Below, piece after piece: positions 44,588 through 54,905 of a stretch of DNA of 60,757 nt. This stretch comes from Candidatus Aenigmatarchaeota archaeon. Lineage in GTDB: Archaea > Aenigmatarchaeota > Aenigmatarchaeia > GW2011-AR5. How positions within the stretch are numbered: position 1 is the stretch's first letter; the number at the start of each line of letters is the position of its first letter. Location of the stretch: positions 1 to 60,757 of the forward strand of contig JBHOSK010000002.1 of NCBI GenBank assembly GCA_042584825.1, given 5' to 3'. The position numbers were made by a program, and so were the translations under genes. The notes beneath the pieces were generated by a model. It ran no database searches. It was not told where the DNA came from and saw only the letters and a program-made list of their open reading frames with translations.

Positions 44588-46126
44588 ATGGAATATATCA
44601 ATCACCCCTGGTTGCATGAGAATAAAATACAAAGAAGAATGTATCAGGAAAATATTGCTAAAACCGCTGCGCGGGGCAATACACTATGTGTTATACCTAC
44701 AGGGATGGGTAAGACAAATATAGCGGCTCTTGTTGTTGCAGATCGTTTAAACAAGGATATGGACAAAAAGATCTTGTTTATGGCACCTACAAAGCCATTG
44801 GTTGAACAACATAAGAGAAGTTTTGGCAAGTTTTTGAAAATCGGTGAAAGTGAATTGAAGGTTGTTACAGGTTCTAATGATCCAGATGATCGTAGAGAGC
44901 TTTATAAAAAATCATGGATTGTTTTTTCCACACCGCAGACAATAAGAAATGACCTTAAAGTTGCTCGTTTATCACTAAAAGATTTTTCTCTTGTAATTTT
45001 TGATGAAGCCCATAGAGCTGTTGGTGATTATGCCTATTCTTACATAGCTAAAGTGTATATGAGCCAAGCAGAGGATCCATTAATATTGGGATTAACTGCT
45101 TCTCCCGGTAGTCATCAGTACAAAATAAACGAAGTTAGAGATACTCTTTTTGTTGAACACGTTGAAGTTCGTTCAAGGGATGATGATGATGTTAAGCCAT
45201 ATATCCAAAAAGTAGACTACGATTTGGAAAATGTTGAACTTACAGATGATCAGAAAAAAATAAAGAAATATTTGGAAAGTATAAAAGAAGAAAAAATGGG
45301 AAAGCTTAGAAAGTGGGGTATTATACGAAAACCGTTTGTAACGAAAACAGAGATGATAAGAATTCAACAAGAACTTGCAAGAAAGAAGACTGGTATGGGT
45401 TATGCTGCTATGTCTCGTCTTGCAGAAATAATAAAGGTTGATCATGCATTACTTCTTTTAGAAACACAGTGTTTGTATTCATTGAATGAATATATGCAAA
45501 ACATGAAAGAACAAGAAACAAAGGCAGTTGAAAGGTTAATGAAAAATGAGAAATTTATTATTGCGGAAAAACTTGTTAAACAACTTATTGAAAGAGGAGA
45601 AGAACATCCTAAGTTGAAGAAATTAAATGAAATAGTTTCAAAAGAGCTCGAAGAAGATAAATATGCGGGTATTATAATATTTGCTCAATTTAGAGATACA
45701 ATAACCCAAATTATGCATTCACTTCGTGATGTAAAAAATGCTGCTCCTGTTGAATTTATTGGTCAAGCAAAAAAACGTGGTAAAGGACTAACTCAAAAAG
45801 AGCAAATTGCAATATTGAATGATTTTAAAGCAGGTTTCTATAATATACTTATAGCTTCACAAGTTGGTGAAGAGGGACTGGATATAGAAGAAACGAATAG
45901 TGTTATATTTTATGAGGCAGTGCCTTCGGCTATAAGACGTGTTCAACGAACAGGTAGGACAGCAAGAACAAAACCTGGTAAGGTTTTTGTTTTAGTTGCT
46001 AAGGATACAAGGGACGAAGCATATTATTGGTCGGGTCATCATAAAGAGAGGAAAATGAAGAATATACTTAATACTATGAAAAAACAAACAGAACTTAAGG
46101 AGTTTACTAAGAGGGATAAAAAATGA
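44588..46126 (+). CDS. hef: Hef/FANCM-type SF2 helicase (helicase part only)
   Basis: Walker A PTGMGKT, DEAH box VIFDEAHRAVGDYAY, motif VI QRTGRTAR. No nuclease domain in this ORF. Confidence 0.85.
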   Translation: MEYINHPWLHENKIQRRMYQENIAKTAARGNTLCVIPTGMGKTNIAALVVADRLNKDMDKKILFMAPTKPLVEQHKRSFGKFLKIGESELKVVTGSNDPDDRRELYKKSWIVFSTPQTIRNDLKVARLSLKDFSLVIFDEAHRAVGDYAYSYIAKVYMSQAEDPLILGLTASPGSHQYKINEVRDTLFVEHVEVRSRDDDDVKPYIQKVDYDLENVELTDDQKKIKKYLESIKEEKMGKLRKWGIIRKPFVTKTEMIRIQQELARKKTGMGYAAMSRLAEIIKVDHALLLLETQCLYSLNEYMQNMKEQETKAVERLMKNEKFIIAEKLVKQLIERGEEHPKLKKLNEIVSKELEEDKYAGIIIFAQFRDTITQIMHSLRDVKNAAPVEFIGQAKKRGKGLTQKEQIAILNDFKAGFYNILIASQVGEEGLDIEETNSVIFYEAVPSAIRRVQRTGRTARTKPGKVFVLVAKDTRDEAYYWSGHHKERKMKNILNTMKKQTELKEFTKRDKK

Positions 46127-46563
46127 TTAGTGAAAGATCTGCTGGTGCGGTTGTATATCGAGAATGCGAAGACGATAAAAAATATCTCTTATTGCTTTAT
46201 CTTGGTGGTCATTGGGATTTTCCAAAAGGTAACATCGAGAAAGATGAAAATGAAATAGATACGGTTGTTAGAGAGGTGGAGGAAGAAACAGGTATAAGTG
46301 ATATCGATTTTATTGAAGGATTTCGGCATTCAATAAAATATTTCTACAAAAGAGACGGCAATTTAGTTAACAAAGAGGTTGTGTTTTTCGTTACAAAGAC
46401 ATCAACAGAAAAAGTCAAGATATCGCATGAACATAAAGATTTTATTTGGCTTGATTTTGACGAAGCCATGAAAAAATTAACATTTAGCAATTCAAAAGAA
46501 ATACTAAAAAGAGCCAACAGTTATCTTGGAAAGAAAAGAAGTTTGAAAGATTTTAGTGGGTAA
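46123..46563 (+). CDS. NUDIX hydrolase (Ap4A hydrolase-like)
   Basis: Nudix box PKGNIEKDENEIDTVVREVEEETGI. ATGA overlap with the helicase stop. Confidence 0.85.
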   Translation: MISERSAGAVVYRECEDDKKYLLLLYLGGHWDFPKGNIEKDENEIDTVVREVEEETGISDIDFIEGFRHSIKYFYKRDGNLVNKEVVFFVTKTSTEKVKISHEHKDFIWLDFDEAMKKLTFSNSKEILKRANSYLGKKRSLKDFSG

Positions 46564-46568
46564 AATAT

Positions 46569-47246
46569 ATGCAGAAAACATTTGATTCAAAAAAGATAAT
46601 TATATATTCTGATACTGGTGAGAAAAATAAAGTTATTGATATACTGAAAAAGAAGTGTAGTCTTAGAAAGAAAAGACTTGAGGTTTCTGATTATATCCTA
46701 AGTAAGGACGTTGCTGTTGAGAGAAAAACAACATCGGATTTTATTAGCAGCATTATTGACGGTCGTTTATTCAAACAAATAAACGAATTAAAAAATAATT
46801 TCCCAAAACCGATTCTTATAATAGAGGGGGAATCCTTGTTTAATAATGGAAGAAAAATACACCCAAATGCGATAAGAGGTGCTATAGCGTCTATAGCAAC
46901 AGAATATTCATTACCAATAATATGGACTGTCTCACAGATGGAAACAGCGGAAATACTTTTTTCTATTGCTAAGCGAGAACAAGCACATATAAAAAATACA
47001 ATTGCAATTAGGGGAAAAAAGAAAACAAAGTCATCTAATGAAGAACAATTATTTTTAATAGCGGGTTTACCTAAAGTTAATAATAAGATAGCAAAAAATT
47101 TGCTAAAATATTTTGGATCGCCTGAAGCTGTTTTTACAGCAAGTGAAACCGAATTACAAAAAGTGGGCGGTGTTGGTAAAGAGATGTCAAAAAGAATAAA
47201 GAAACTGTTGGAAAAGGAGTATGAAAAATCTATTTTAGAGGGTTGA
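46569..47246 (+). CDS. XPF/Hef ERCC4-type structure-specific nuclease with (HhH)2 domain
   Basis: ERCC4 signature VAVERKTTSDFISSIIDGRLFKQ. C-terminal HhH2 (LIAGLPKVNNKIAKNLLKYFGSPEAV...LQKVGGVGKEMSKRI). Confidence 0.85.
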   Translation: MQKTFDSKKIIIYSDTGEKNKVIDILKKKCSLRKKRLEVSDYILSKDVAVERKTTSDFISSIIDGRLFKQINELKNNFPKPILIIEGESLFNNGRKIHPNAIRGAIASIATEYSLPIIWTVSQMETAEILFSIAKREQAHIKNTIAIRGKKKTKSSNEEQLFLIAGLPKVNNKIAKNLLKYFGSPEAVFTASETELQKVGGVGKEMSKRIKKLLEKEYEKSILEG

Positions 47247-47497
47247 GTATGGCAGCAAGCTCAGTTAGAAATCTTATAGTCGGTTTGATTGTGCTACTTA
47301 TTGGAATACGGGTTGTTTTCTATTTTGTTCAGAATATTCTATCACAATATGAACAGCCAGAACTACCTTTGCAAATTTTTGATCTAAATATGATAGAACC
47401 TTTTGTTAATCTATTTACCTGGGCTTTTATTGTAATAATAATTTTGCTAATTCCTATTTACCTATATAGAAGACACAAAGACAAAGAAGCAGCGTAA
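47243..47497 (+). CDS. small membrane protein (2 TM)
   Basis: 84 aa with two hydrophobic helices. 4-nt overlap with the upstream gene. Confidence 0.45.
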   Translation: MSMAASSVRNLIVGLIVLLIGIRVVFYFVQNILSQYEQPELPLQIFDLNMIEPFVNLFTWAFIVIIILLIPIYLYRRHKDKEAA

Positions 47498-47534
47498 AGC
47501 ATACGTTTTTATCCCTTTCTGCCTTATTTGCGAT

Positions 47535-48317
47535 ATGTTATTGCATACATCAAATACATTTACATCGTATAATTATCCACTAAAAGAGGCAGAGATTGTC
47601 TTTTTAGGTATACCTTTTTCATCTACAGGTCTTACAAAATCATCATATTCTGGGCCTACTGTGATAAGGCAAGCTCTGAAAATGATACAAGAATTACCGG
47701 AGAGAAAATATGCAGATGTGGGTGATTTGAGTGTTGTTCCAGGTTCTTACGAATTAACGTCACAAAGAATAAGAGATACAATATTTGAGATAAAATCAGA
47801 AAACAAAGACGCATTTTTAGTAATAACTGGTGGTGAACATCTCATTACTTTACCTGTTTGTGAAGCTTTGGCTGCAAAAACGATAATACATCTAGATGCT
47901 CATTCTGATACGCTTAGCAATTATCTTGGTAATAAACACACACATCAAACATGGGCTTATCATGCTAGTAAATTTTCAAATATCATGCAAGTTGGTGTTA
48001 ATGTTTGGGCTAAAGGTGAAAATGATTTTGTCAAAAATAGTGAAAAAGTCCATGCGTTTGATATAGACAGATTTTTAGAAACAGATTTTGATTTTGTAGA
48101 ACCAGTTCATCTTACAATTGATATGGATGTTATAGAAGGCATGGAAACACAATATCCAGAGGGTGTTTTAACAAAAGAAGATGTTATGAATGTTATTGAT
48201 AAAATAAAAAGAAGTTGCACTTTATCGTCTATGGACATAGTCGAAATAACAGATGATAAATTAGGAAATAATACATCTTTTACTGCAGCTCAATTGGTAA
48301 AAAAAGTGTTGGAGTGA
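47535..48317 (+). CDS. arginase/agmatinase-family ureohydrolase
   Basis: GGEHLITLP, IIHLDAHSDT, LTIDMDVIE metal-ligand motifs. Short (260 aa). Confidence 0.7.
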   Translation: MLLHTSNTFTSYNYPLKEAEIVFLGIPFSSTGLTKSSYSGPTVIRQALKMIQELPERKYADVGDLSVVPGSYELTSQRIRDTIFEIKSENKDAFLVITGGEHLITLPVCEALAAKTIIHLDAHSDTLSNYLGNKHTHQTWAYHASKFSNIMQVGVNVWAKGENDFVKNSEKVHAFDIDRFLETDFDFVEPVHLTIDMDVIEGMETQYPEGVLTKEDVMNVIDKIKRSCTLSSMDIVEITDDKLGNNTSFTAAQLVKKVLE

Positions 48318-48321
48318 TAAT

Positions 48322-49044
48322 ATGCTTTATCTTATTGGTTTGGGTATAAACGATGAAAATGATTTGTCAATGAAAGGTTTAGAAATGGCAAGGAAATGTG
48401 ATAAAATTTTCATGGAGACGTATACTAACAAATGGCATGGTGATTTGGATAAGCTAAAAGAAATGATAGGAAAAGATGTTCTTATTCTTAATAGGGAAAA
48501 CGTTGAAGATAATCATCTCGTGGATGAAGCAAAAGAAAACAATATTGCTTTATTTGTTTGTGGTGACCCGCTTTCAGCTACGACGCATACGGAGTTAATA
48601 TCAGAAGCAATTAAGAAGAAAGTTGATTATAGGGTTATACATTCTTCATCGGTTCTTACGGCTGTGGGTGAAACTGGTTTACATTTGTATAAATTTGGAA
48701 GGACGACAACACTTTGCTATCCTGAAGGTAATTATAAACCAACAAGCCCGTTGGATATGATAAAGAAAAACAAGGAAAATGGTTTACATACATTGGTGCT
48801 GCTTGATGTCAAGGATGATGAAAAAAGATATATGACAGTAAAAGAAGGTGTCAAGATATTGCTTGACACTTTAAAAAAGGATGAAAAAATTATAGCTGCA
48901 TCATGTCTGGGATCTGATAAAAGAAAAATGAAATATAGTACAGCAGAAAATATAATGAAAGAAGATTTTGAAACACCCGCTGTTATAATAATACCAGGTG
49001 AGTTAAACTTTAAGGAAGAGGAGTTTTTGAGGTTGTTAGAATGA
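48322..49044 (+). CDS. dph5: diphthine synthase
   Basis: MLYLIGLGINDENDLSMKGLE...ETYT... tetrapyrrole-methylase fold, with GDPLSATTH and the HTLVLLD motif. Confidence 0.85.
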   Translation: MLYLIGLGINDENDLSMKGLEMARKCDKIFMETYTNKWHGDLDKLKEMIGKDVLILNRENVEDNHLVDEAKENNIALFVCGDPLSATTHTELISEAIKKKVDYRVIHSSSVLTAVGETGLHLYKFGRTTTLCYPEGNYKPTSPLDMIKKNKENGLHTLVLLDVKDDEKRYMTVKEGVKILLDTLKKDEKIIAASCLGSDKRKMKYSTAENIMKEDFETPAVIIIPGELNFKEEEFLRLLE

Positions 49045-49280
49045 ATACAGAACAACAATTGATAGATGAAATAAAAAAGTGGACTGAAAAGATAGCTGAA
49101 GAAAGGAAAGCTGTGAGCGCTAAAGATGAAAAAGGGAAAGATTTTTTGAAGAATATAGACGCATATATTTCTGACTCAAAACACTTTTTTGATAAGAATG
49201 ATCTTGTTAGAAGTTTTGAGGCAATTATCTGGGCATGGTCATGGCTAGAGATTGGCAGGAATGAAGGAATAATAAATTAG
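49041..49280 (+). CDS. DUF357-family protein
   Basis: ...YISDSKHFFDKNDLVRSFEAIIWAWSWLEIG matches the remembered DUF357 pattern. 4-nt overlap with dph5. Confidence 0.6.
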   Translation: MNTEQQLIDEIKKWTEKIAEERKAVSAKDEKGKDFLKNIDAYISDSKHFFDKNDLVRSFEAIIWAWSWLEIGRNEGIIN

Positions 49281-49300
49281 TTTTTCGGTTGTGATGATGA

Positions 49301-50239
49301 ATGCCAAAAGTTGCAATAATTACACCAACGTATAATAGAGATAGACTTTTACCTAAAACCATGGTGGGTGTTGCAAGACAAAATTATGATGATTATGTAC
49401 ATATTATTGTTGATGATGCGTCTACTGACGATACACCACAAGTTGTTGGTAATTTTACTGAATTTTATCCAACATCAGGACATGTTAAATATGTAAGGAG
49501 GGAGAGAACGTCAGAACAAGTTCTTGGAGCATCTGCTGCTAGAAATCGTGGAATTAAAACACTTAGTGAATTTCCTGATGTTAAGTATGTTACCTTTTTT
49601 GATGATGATGATATACTAGCTCAAGGATCATTGCGCTGTCGTGTTGAGGCACTCGATGCAAATTCGGAAATACGTTTAGTGTACGGTTATCTTGCAGTTT
49701 GTACAGAAGACATGCGCGTTTATGATATTTGTAAAGGTCCTAATACAAACGACCCACGAGAAATACCACAATATATAATACAATATCATGATAGAGGCTT
49801 TCCTAGTCTTGCAATTATGTTTAGAAGAGAATTTTTAGATGACCTGGGGGGCTATGATGTTGCATTAGGGCACGGTGAAGATCTGGATTTTAGCATAAGA
49901 GCCTTTAACGCATTGAAAAGAGGACAGTTTTTAAGACTACCAAGAAAAATTTTTTATTATAGAAAACATGAAGGAGGGATGTGCCAACACAACTCGCAAG
50001 ATGACGATATTATTACACGACAACGGGCAATATTTAACAATAGGCATGGTATAACACCGATAGAAGAAGGGTTATCCGGTTTACGAAGATTTGCTACAAG
50101 ACCGCATACATTTTTACCAGAACCGATAAAAGCAGCGTTGAGGCCATTAAGGAATAGATTCAGTAGAAATATTGGCCATATTGATCCATTTGTAGCGGAA
50201 ATTGAAAGAGACGTTGATAAGATGCTTTCCAGAACTTAG
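49301..50239 (+). CDS. family 2 glycosyltransferase
   Basis: VAIITPTYNR...IIVDDASTDDT...FFDDDD (DxD) pattern. Confidence 0.8.
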   Translation: MPKVAIITPTYNRDRLLPKTMVGVARQNYDDYVHIIVDDASTDDTPQVVGNFTEFYPTSGHVKYVRRERTSEQVLGASAARNRGIKTLSEFPDVKYVTFFDDDDILAQGSLRCRVEALDANSEIRLVYGYLAVCTEDMRVYDICKGPNTNDPREIPQYIIQYHDRGFPSLAIMFRREFLDDLGGYDVALGHGEDLDFSIRAFNALKRGQFLRLPRKIFYYRKHEGGMCQHNSQDDDIITRQRAIFNNRHGITPIEEGLSGLRRFATRPHTFLPEPIKAALRPLRNRFSRNIGHIDPFVAEIERDVDKMLSRT

Positions 50240-50441
50240 AATGGCCATGGTACTATACTTCTAAGGAAGTAGTACCAAAAAAACCCAACTATAATGAACA
50301 TAATTATTGCAGTACTGATTCTAAGTAACTTATGATCCATTTCCGACCAGTCTTCTTTTGTTATTCCTAGGAAGACTTTCAAAATACCTTTTATAGTTTT
50401 TAACAACATCAAAAATCACTTGAATTAAATAATATTTATAA

Positions 50442-51179
50442 TTATAATCGTTTTATTTTACCTGGTCGTGGCTCAAAACATTCACCATCTGTCAATAAAT
50501 CATTTATGACAGCATCGAGTATATCTTCCTGTATTCCTGCTATAGCTATTAATTCTGAATATTCACAACCATCTCCTTTGTCGAGCTTTTCTATTAGTTC
50601 TAATATTTTTTGTTTTGTTTCATCTTCCTTTTCTTCTGTTTCATCTGGTGCCGAAGAAAGCATAGCTTCTGTTTCGTCAGCTGTTATGTTAAACCGTTCT
50701 GAGAGAATCATCTTTAATTCGTCCATGTCTGCTACTTGTTTTTGGTATTCAACAACGATCTTTTTCTTTTCTTTTTGTCTTTCATCTTCTTTTTTTAATT
50801 CTAATTCACGTAGCAGTTCTTCATTGGGATCTTCTATTTTTCTTACTATTTCAGGTATGACGTAAACTTCGTCTTTGAACTGCTTAATTTTTCCTATCAC
50901 GTCTACAATATCCCCCTTTTCTACATCATTGAATAATTTTACTCCTTTGAATATGCGTGCGCGGATAGTATTGCTTGCATCGTCTATTGTTATTGATGCG
51001 AATTTATTATCCTCTGATATAAACTTGTGTACAACCGTTCCCATAATCCACACACGTGACAGTCTTCTACCCATCTTTGTTATGGCAAAGTTTGGAGTGA
51101 ACCCGTCTTGTTTCACAAAACTACCACTAATGATGTCATCTATTCTTGTTTTTGCTGCTGTCATTCTTTTTTGTTCCAT
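50442..51179 (-). CDS. RPA32/Rpa2-like OB-fold ssDNA-binding protein with acidic linker and C-terminal winged helix
   Basis: OB-fold segment (VWIMGTVVHKF...ASITIDDASNTIRARIF...GDIVDVIGKIKQF...VYVIPE), charged linker, C-terminal wH-like region. Adjacent to mcm. Confidence 0.5.
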   Translation of the reverse strand: MEQKRMTAAKTRIDDIISGSFVKQDGFTPNFAITKMGRRLSRVWIMGTVVHKFISEDNKFASITIDDASNTIRARIFKGVKLFNDVEKGDIVDVIGKIKQFKDEVYVIPEIVRKIEDPNEELLRELELKKEDERQKEKKKIVVEYQKQVADMDELKMILSERFNITADETEAMLSSAPDETEEKEDETKQKILELIEKLDKGDGCEYSELIAIAGIQEDILDAVINDLLTDGECFEPRPGKIKRL

Positions 51180-51180
51180 T

Positions 51181-51591
51181 CTATAACCTCTTAGATAAAA
51201 TATACCAATTAATTTTGAACTTATCGTTTTTTAGTTCAGCTTCAATTTCATATCCAAGTTTTTTATAAAATTCAAGAGCGATGATATGTTTTTCAGATGT
51301 TTTTATTCTTAATTTATGACATCCTCTATTCACAGCCAATTTTTCTGATTCTTTTATCAATATTTTTCCTATTCCTTTTTTCCTATGTTCTTTTTTAACT
51401 AAAAATTCATTAAGATCACAAACCCCTCCCTGAAATTTAAGGATCATATAGGCTACTGGGTTTTCATTATCATACAAAAAATATACTTCTTTTTCTTCAT
51501 TTTCCCATGGCAGATCGTGTTCTGAATCAGCATGTTTCCAATCTTGTTCAAAGAACTTTACATTTTTAAACTCAACTTTTTTTATTTCCAT
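51181..51591 (-). CDS. GNAT-family N-acetyltransferase
   Basis: Acetyl-CoA motif VKKEHRKKGIGKILI. Confidence 0.75.
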   Translation of the reverse strand: MEIKKVEFKNVKFFEQDWKHADSEHDLPWENEEKEVYFLYDNENPVAYMILKFQGGVCDLNEFLVKKEHRKKGIGKILIKESEKLAVNRGCHKLRIKTSEKHIIALEFYKKLGYEIEAELKNDKFKINWYILSKRL

Positions 51592-51600
51592 TTTAGCACC

Positions 51601-53586
51601 CTATATCTTCTTCAAAAATCCTGCGCGAGGTTCAAATATGGTTCCCTCACGTTTTAATCGTTCTATTGTATCTTCTATATTTTCTATACCTCTTGATTCA
51701 GCTTCTGCCATCACATCTTCAACAGAAACCTCACCACCTTTCTGATCTTTACCTAATTCATCAATTATTTCTATAATGATTCCTATCTTTCTTCTTTTAC
51801 TTGCTGTAACGCCGCTTTCTAGTCGGTCTATGTCTATTCTACCTGTTTCGTAATCAACACCCAATTGCGACAAGGAAAATTTCATAAGCTTCATTGCTCT
51901 TTCTGCATCAGCTGCCCTGACTTTTGTGTCAAGTCTAATCTTTGCAGATGCTTCAGCCAATCTTATTAGAGCTTCATACTGTCTTAATGTTATTGCAATT
52001 GTTGGCACTTCTTCTCCACTATAGCGGTTACGCATATCTACATAGAAGTTTTTTAATGATTCAGACGCTTCTTTTGTTAATTCTATTTGCTTTATCTGTC
52101 TTGCGTATGCGATATATTTTCTTAAAAAACGCGTTTCTATTACTGGTTCTATTAATCTAGGTTTTGTTCTTGATGTTATTATGTGTTCTGCTAGTTGTTC
52201 ATCTTTTGTTTTGTCGGGAACATCTCTAAGTGCGAACTTCAGATCGAACCTACTTAGTAGTGTCTCTGGTATTTTTATTTGCTCTGCTACAGAAAGTATG
52301 GGTTCAAACCTACCCAGTTTAGGATTAGCACCGGCCAAGACGGCAGTTTCTGCGGGTAGCGTTGCTACAATACTCGCTTTTGCAATACTGACGGTTTCCA
52401 TTGACATTGCTTCGTGCATTGCGATCTGATCGTCTCTATTCATTTTATCGAATTCGTCAATAGAAATCATTCCTTTATTTGCAAGAATTAATGCACCGGC
52501 TTCAAGTAACCAAGTACCAAGTGCTTCGTCTTTTCTTACTGTTGCTGTTAATCCAGCACCGGTTACACCCTTCCCTGAAACATATTTTCCTCTTGGAACA
52601 AGGTTGGAAACAACCTTTAGTATTTGTGATTTACCAACACCGGGATCACCGGTTATAAGAATATGAATATTACCACGGATTCTTGTACCATCTGGTTGTT
52701 GGTGCTTTATTCCACCAAATATTTGCATTAAAATAGATTCTTTTATTTCACTAAAACCGAATATACCTGGAGCCAATGAAGCAACTAATTTTTCATAGAC
52801 GTTTGGATCAGACGCAAGCTCTACTATTTTTTTCTTATCTTCTTCTGTTATGACAAGTTCTTCATATTCTGTTTCAGATGGCTCTACATGATTTGCTTCT
52901 ATATACATGTCCAATCTTGTACTTAATCGACCTTTGATTCTCTTAGGAATTTCTTTTAGGATCCCCACTATTTTTAGCCTAGTTCCAGGATCTGTTTTTT
53001 TTTGCATTTTTGGAGTTGTAAGATCTTCTTTCAAGAACGTAGTTATTTCACCTGGCTGCTCTCCGGTTGTTATTTCAAATGGTTCAATAGTATTCAACCA
53101 TCTTATATCAAATAATTTTTTTTCTAGTTGTTTGAAATCACCACGACGTCCGCATTCACAAACCTCGGGTTTTTGTAATAAATTTGAATCTTGTTTCATT
53201 CTTAGTTGTGTTCCACACGAAGGACATTCAAAAATAACCTCATATATTTGGGGTTTGATTTCAGATGCAGACTTTACTGTAGCATCTATTGACCAAAGTC
53301 TGTTAAGATGTTCAGCTCTCAAATTTCTTATTCGAATTTCTCTTCTTTCGGGCAAATCATGGACTCTTATGTTAATTTTTTCATTTACTATGTTTGTTGC
53401 AGCTTCATTGAAACTTTCTAATACTTCTGATGGTCGCTCTAATAGCTGATCTGCTATTACTATATCATATCTATCAAGATCACTAAAATCTACTGCTAGA
53501 AACCCGTTATTTTCTTTAACAGCCTTTAGTAGCTGCGTTTCATATTTTTCTCTTAAAAATTCTTCTAGTGTTTCTACAAAGTCCAT
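51601..53586 (-). CDS. mcm: MCM replicative helicase
   Basis: Zn finger CPSCG...CECG, Walker A ILITGDPGVGKSQ, Walker B IDEFDKM, arginine finger SRFDL. Start trimmed to MDFVETL. Confidence 0.95.
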   Translation of the reverse strand: MDFVETLEEFLREKYETQLLKAVKENNGFLAVDFSDLDRYDIVIADQLLERPSEVLESFNEAATNIVNEKINIRVHDLPERREIRIRNLRAEHLNRLWSIDATVKSASEIKPQIYEVIFECPSCGTQLRMKQDSNLLQKPEVCECGRRGDFKQLEKKLFDIRWLNTIEPFEITTGEQPGEITTFLKEDLTTPKMQKKTDPGTRLKIVGILKEIPKRIKGRLSTRLDMYIEANHVEPSETEYEELVITEEDKKKIVELASDPNVYEKLVASLAPGIFGFSEIKESILMQIFGGIKHQQPDGTRIRGNIHILITGDPGVGKSQILKVVSNLVPRGKYVSGKGVTGAGLTATVRKDEALGTWLLEAGALILANKGMISIDEFDKMNRDDQIAMHEAMSMETVSIAKASIVATLPAETAVLAGANPKLGRFEPILSVAEQIKIPETLLSRFDLKFALRDVPDKTKDEQLAEHIITSRTKPRLIEPVIETRFLRKYIAYARQIKQIELTKEASESLKNFYVDMRNRYSGEEVPTIAITLRQYEALIRLAEASAKIRLDTKVRAADAERAMKLMKFSLSQLGVDYETGRIDIDRLESGVTASKRRKIGIIIEIIDELGKDQKGGEVSVEDVMAEAESRGIENIEDTIERLKREGTIFEPRAGFLKKI

Positions 53587-53675
53587 TCTCACGACACCAA
53601 CAATAGAAATAATGCACAAATCTTTTTAATCCCAGATGTATTTCTTATGGAAATTGTAGAAATAAAAAGAAAAAA

Positions 53676-54245
53676 TTATACTCCAAGTTGTTTTAATCGT
53701 TGATCAAGCTTCTTTACAGCAGCTTTTACGTTGTCTAAACTCTTTGCTCCTGCGCATACAAGTCTTCCTGAAGAGAATAACAGAAAAGCGACTTTTGGGT
53801 CAGTTATTCTGTATACAAGCCCTGGAAATTGTTCTGGTTCATATTCACTATCTTCCAACTGGAAGGCTAACTGATCTAGATTCAATTCCTTACCCAAGTT
53901 TATTGAGACGACAATATTTTCTATTTTTACTCTTATTTTATTCTCATTTACTCGAATGCCTATTCTCTTTATGTTTTTTACTGTCTTTCTTAGAGCAACT
54001 TTTGCTGCTGAGATGCTTCTTGCACCTACACAGATTATTTTTCCTGATCTGAATATCAGTGTAGCTACTCTTGGTTCATCTAAACGATATACAAGCCCTG
54101 GAAATTGTTCTGGTTCATATTCACTGGCTTCGAGAACATTTAGCAATTTATCAAGTGATATTGTTTTTTTGATATCTGTAGAAGCAACTACATTCTCAAT
54201 TTTTATTTTCTTTATTTTCTTTTCTTTATTTATTTTCCCGACCAT
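53676..54245 (-). CDS. tbp: TATA-box binding protein
   Basis: Two direct repeats, each with IENVVAS/IENIVVS ... EYEPEQFPGLVYR ... F.SGK/R.VC.GA.S. Confidence 0.95.
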   Translation of the reverse strand: MVGKINKEKKIKKIKIENVVASTDIKKTISLDKLLNVLEASEYEPEQFPGLVYRLDEPRVATLIFRSGKIICVGARSISAAKVALRKTVKNIKRIGIRVNENKIRVKIENIVVSINLGKELNLDQLAFQLEDSEYEPEQFPGLVYRITDPKVAFLLFSSGRLVCAGAKSLDNVKAAVKKLDQRLKQLGV

Positions 54246-54382
54246 TTACACACCTTATTCTTTTCCTTTTTAAAGTATACGGAAATTATTTAAATACCAT
54301 TTAAATAGTCTCATTATCAATGGATACTTATTAAAAGGTTTGTTTCACAAAACAAACGCTGTGTATCCTAATTGTGATAAAT

Positions 54383-54781
54383 ATGATGTTTAGGGACTAT
54401 TTTGAGATTAGTACAACACCGGGAGATATGTTAGATATAACAGAAAATGTGCTAAAATCACTCCAAAACTGTGTAATGCAGGAAGGTACATGTAATATAT
54501 TTATACCAGGATCAACCGCAGGATTAATTCTTAATGAATATGATCAATTATTACTTGGAGATTTGAAGAAATTTTTCAATTATTTGGCTGATAAGGACAA
54601 GTTATATGCACACCCAGATAATGCGCATTCTCATTTGCGTTCAAGTATTGTTGGATCGAGTAAAAATGTACCTTTTTCTCAAGGTAATCTTATCTTAGGA
54701 ACATGGCAACAAGTTATTTTTTGTGAGTTTGACACATCGCCAAGAAAAAGGAAAGTTATCGTAACAGTTAATGGAGATTAA
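54383..54781 (+). CDS. YjbQ/UPF0047-family protein (secondary thiamine-phosphate synthase-like)
   Basis: HPDNAHSHLRSSIVGSS..VPF..GNLILGTWQQVIFCEFD..PRKRKV signature. Confidence 0.75.
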   Translation: MMFRDYFEISTTPGDMLDITENVLKSLQNCVMQEGTCNIFIPGSTAGLILNEYDQLLLGDLKKFFNYLADKDKLYAHPDNAHSHLRSSIVGSSKNVPFSQGNLILGTWQQVIFCEFDTSPRKRKVIVTVNGD

Positions 54782-54905
54782 TTACATAGGTAATTTTCAT
54801 ACATTACAAAATAATACTTAAAAAACAAACTAAAAAACGTTGTTACTAGTCGAGAGATAAATATATATACTTTCTAAATAACTTTTGTATAAACGGGGGA
54901 ACAAG

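Noticed and set aside
50236-50409. 57-codon hydrophobic minus-strand ORF between the GT2 gene and the RPA-like gene
   Set aside because: It could be a small membrane protein, but it is below the track cutoff, has no motif, and overlaps the GT2 stop. There is not enough support to list it as a feature.
51942-53449. Plus-strand ORFs (72-180 aa) inside mcm, and similar ones at 53744-54273 inside tbp
   Set aside because: They are antisense to strongly supported genes, with Ser/Leu-rich low-complexity translations.
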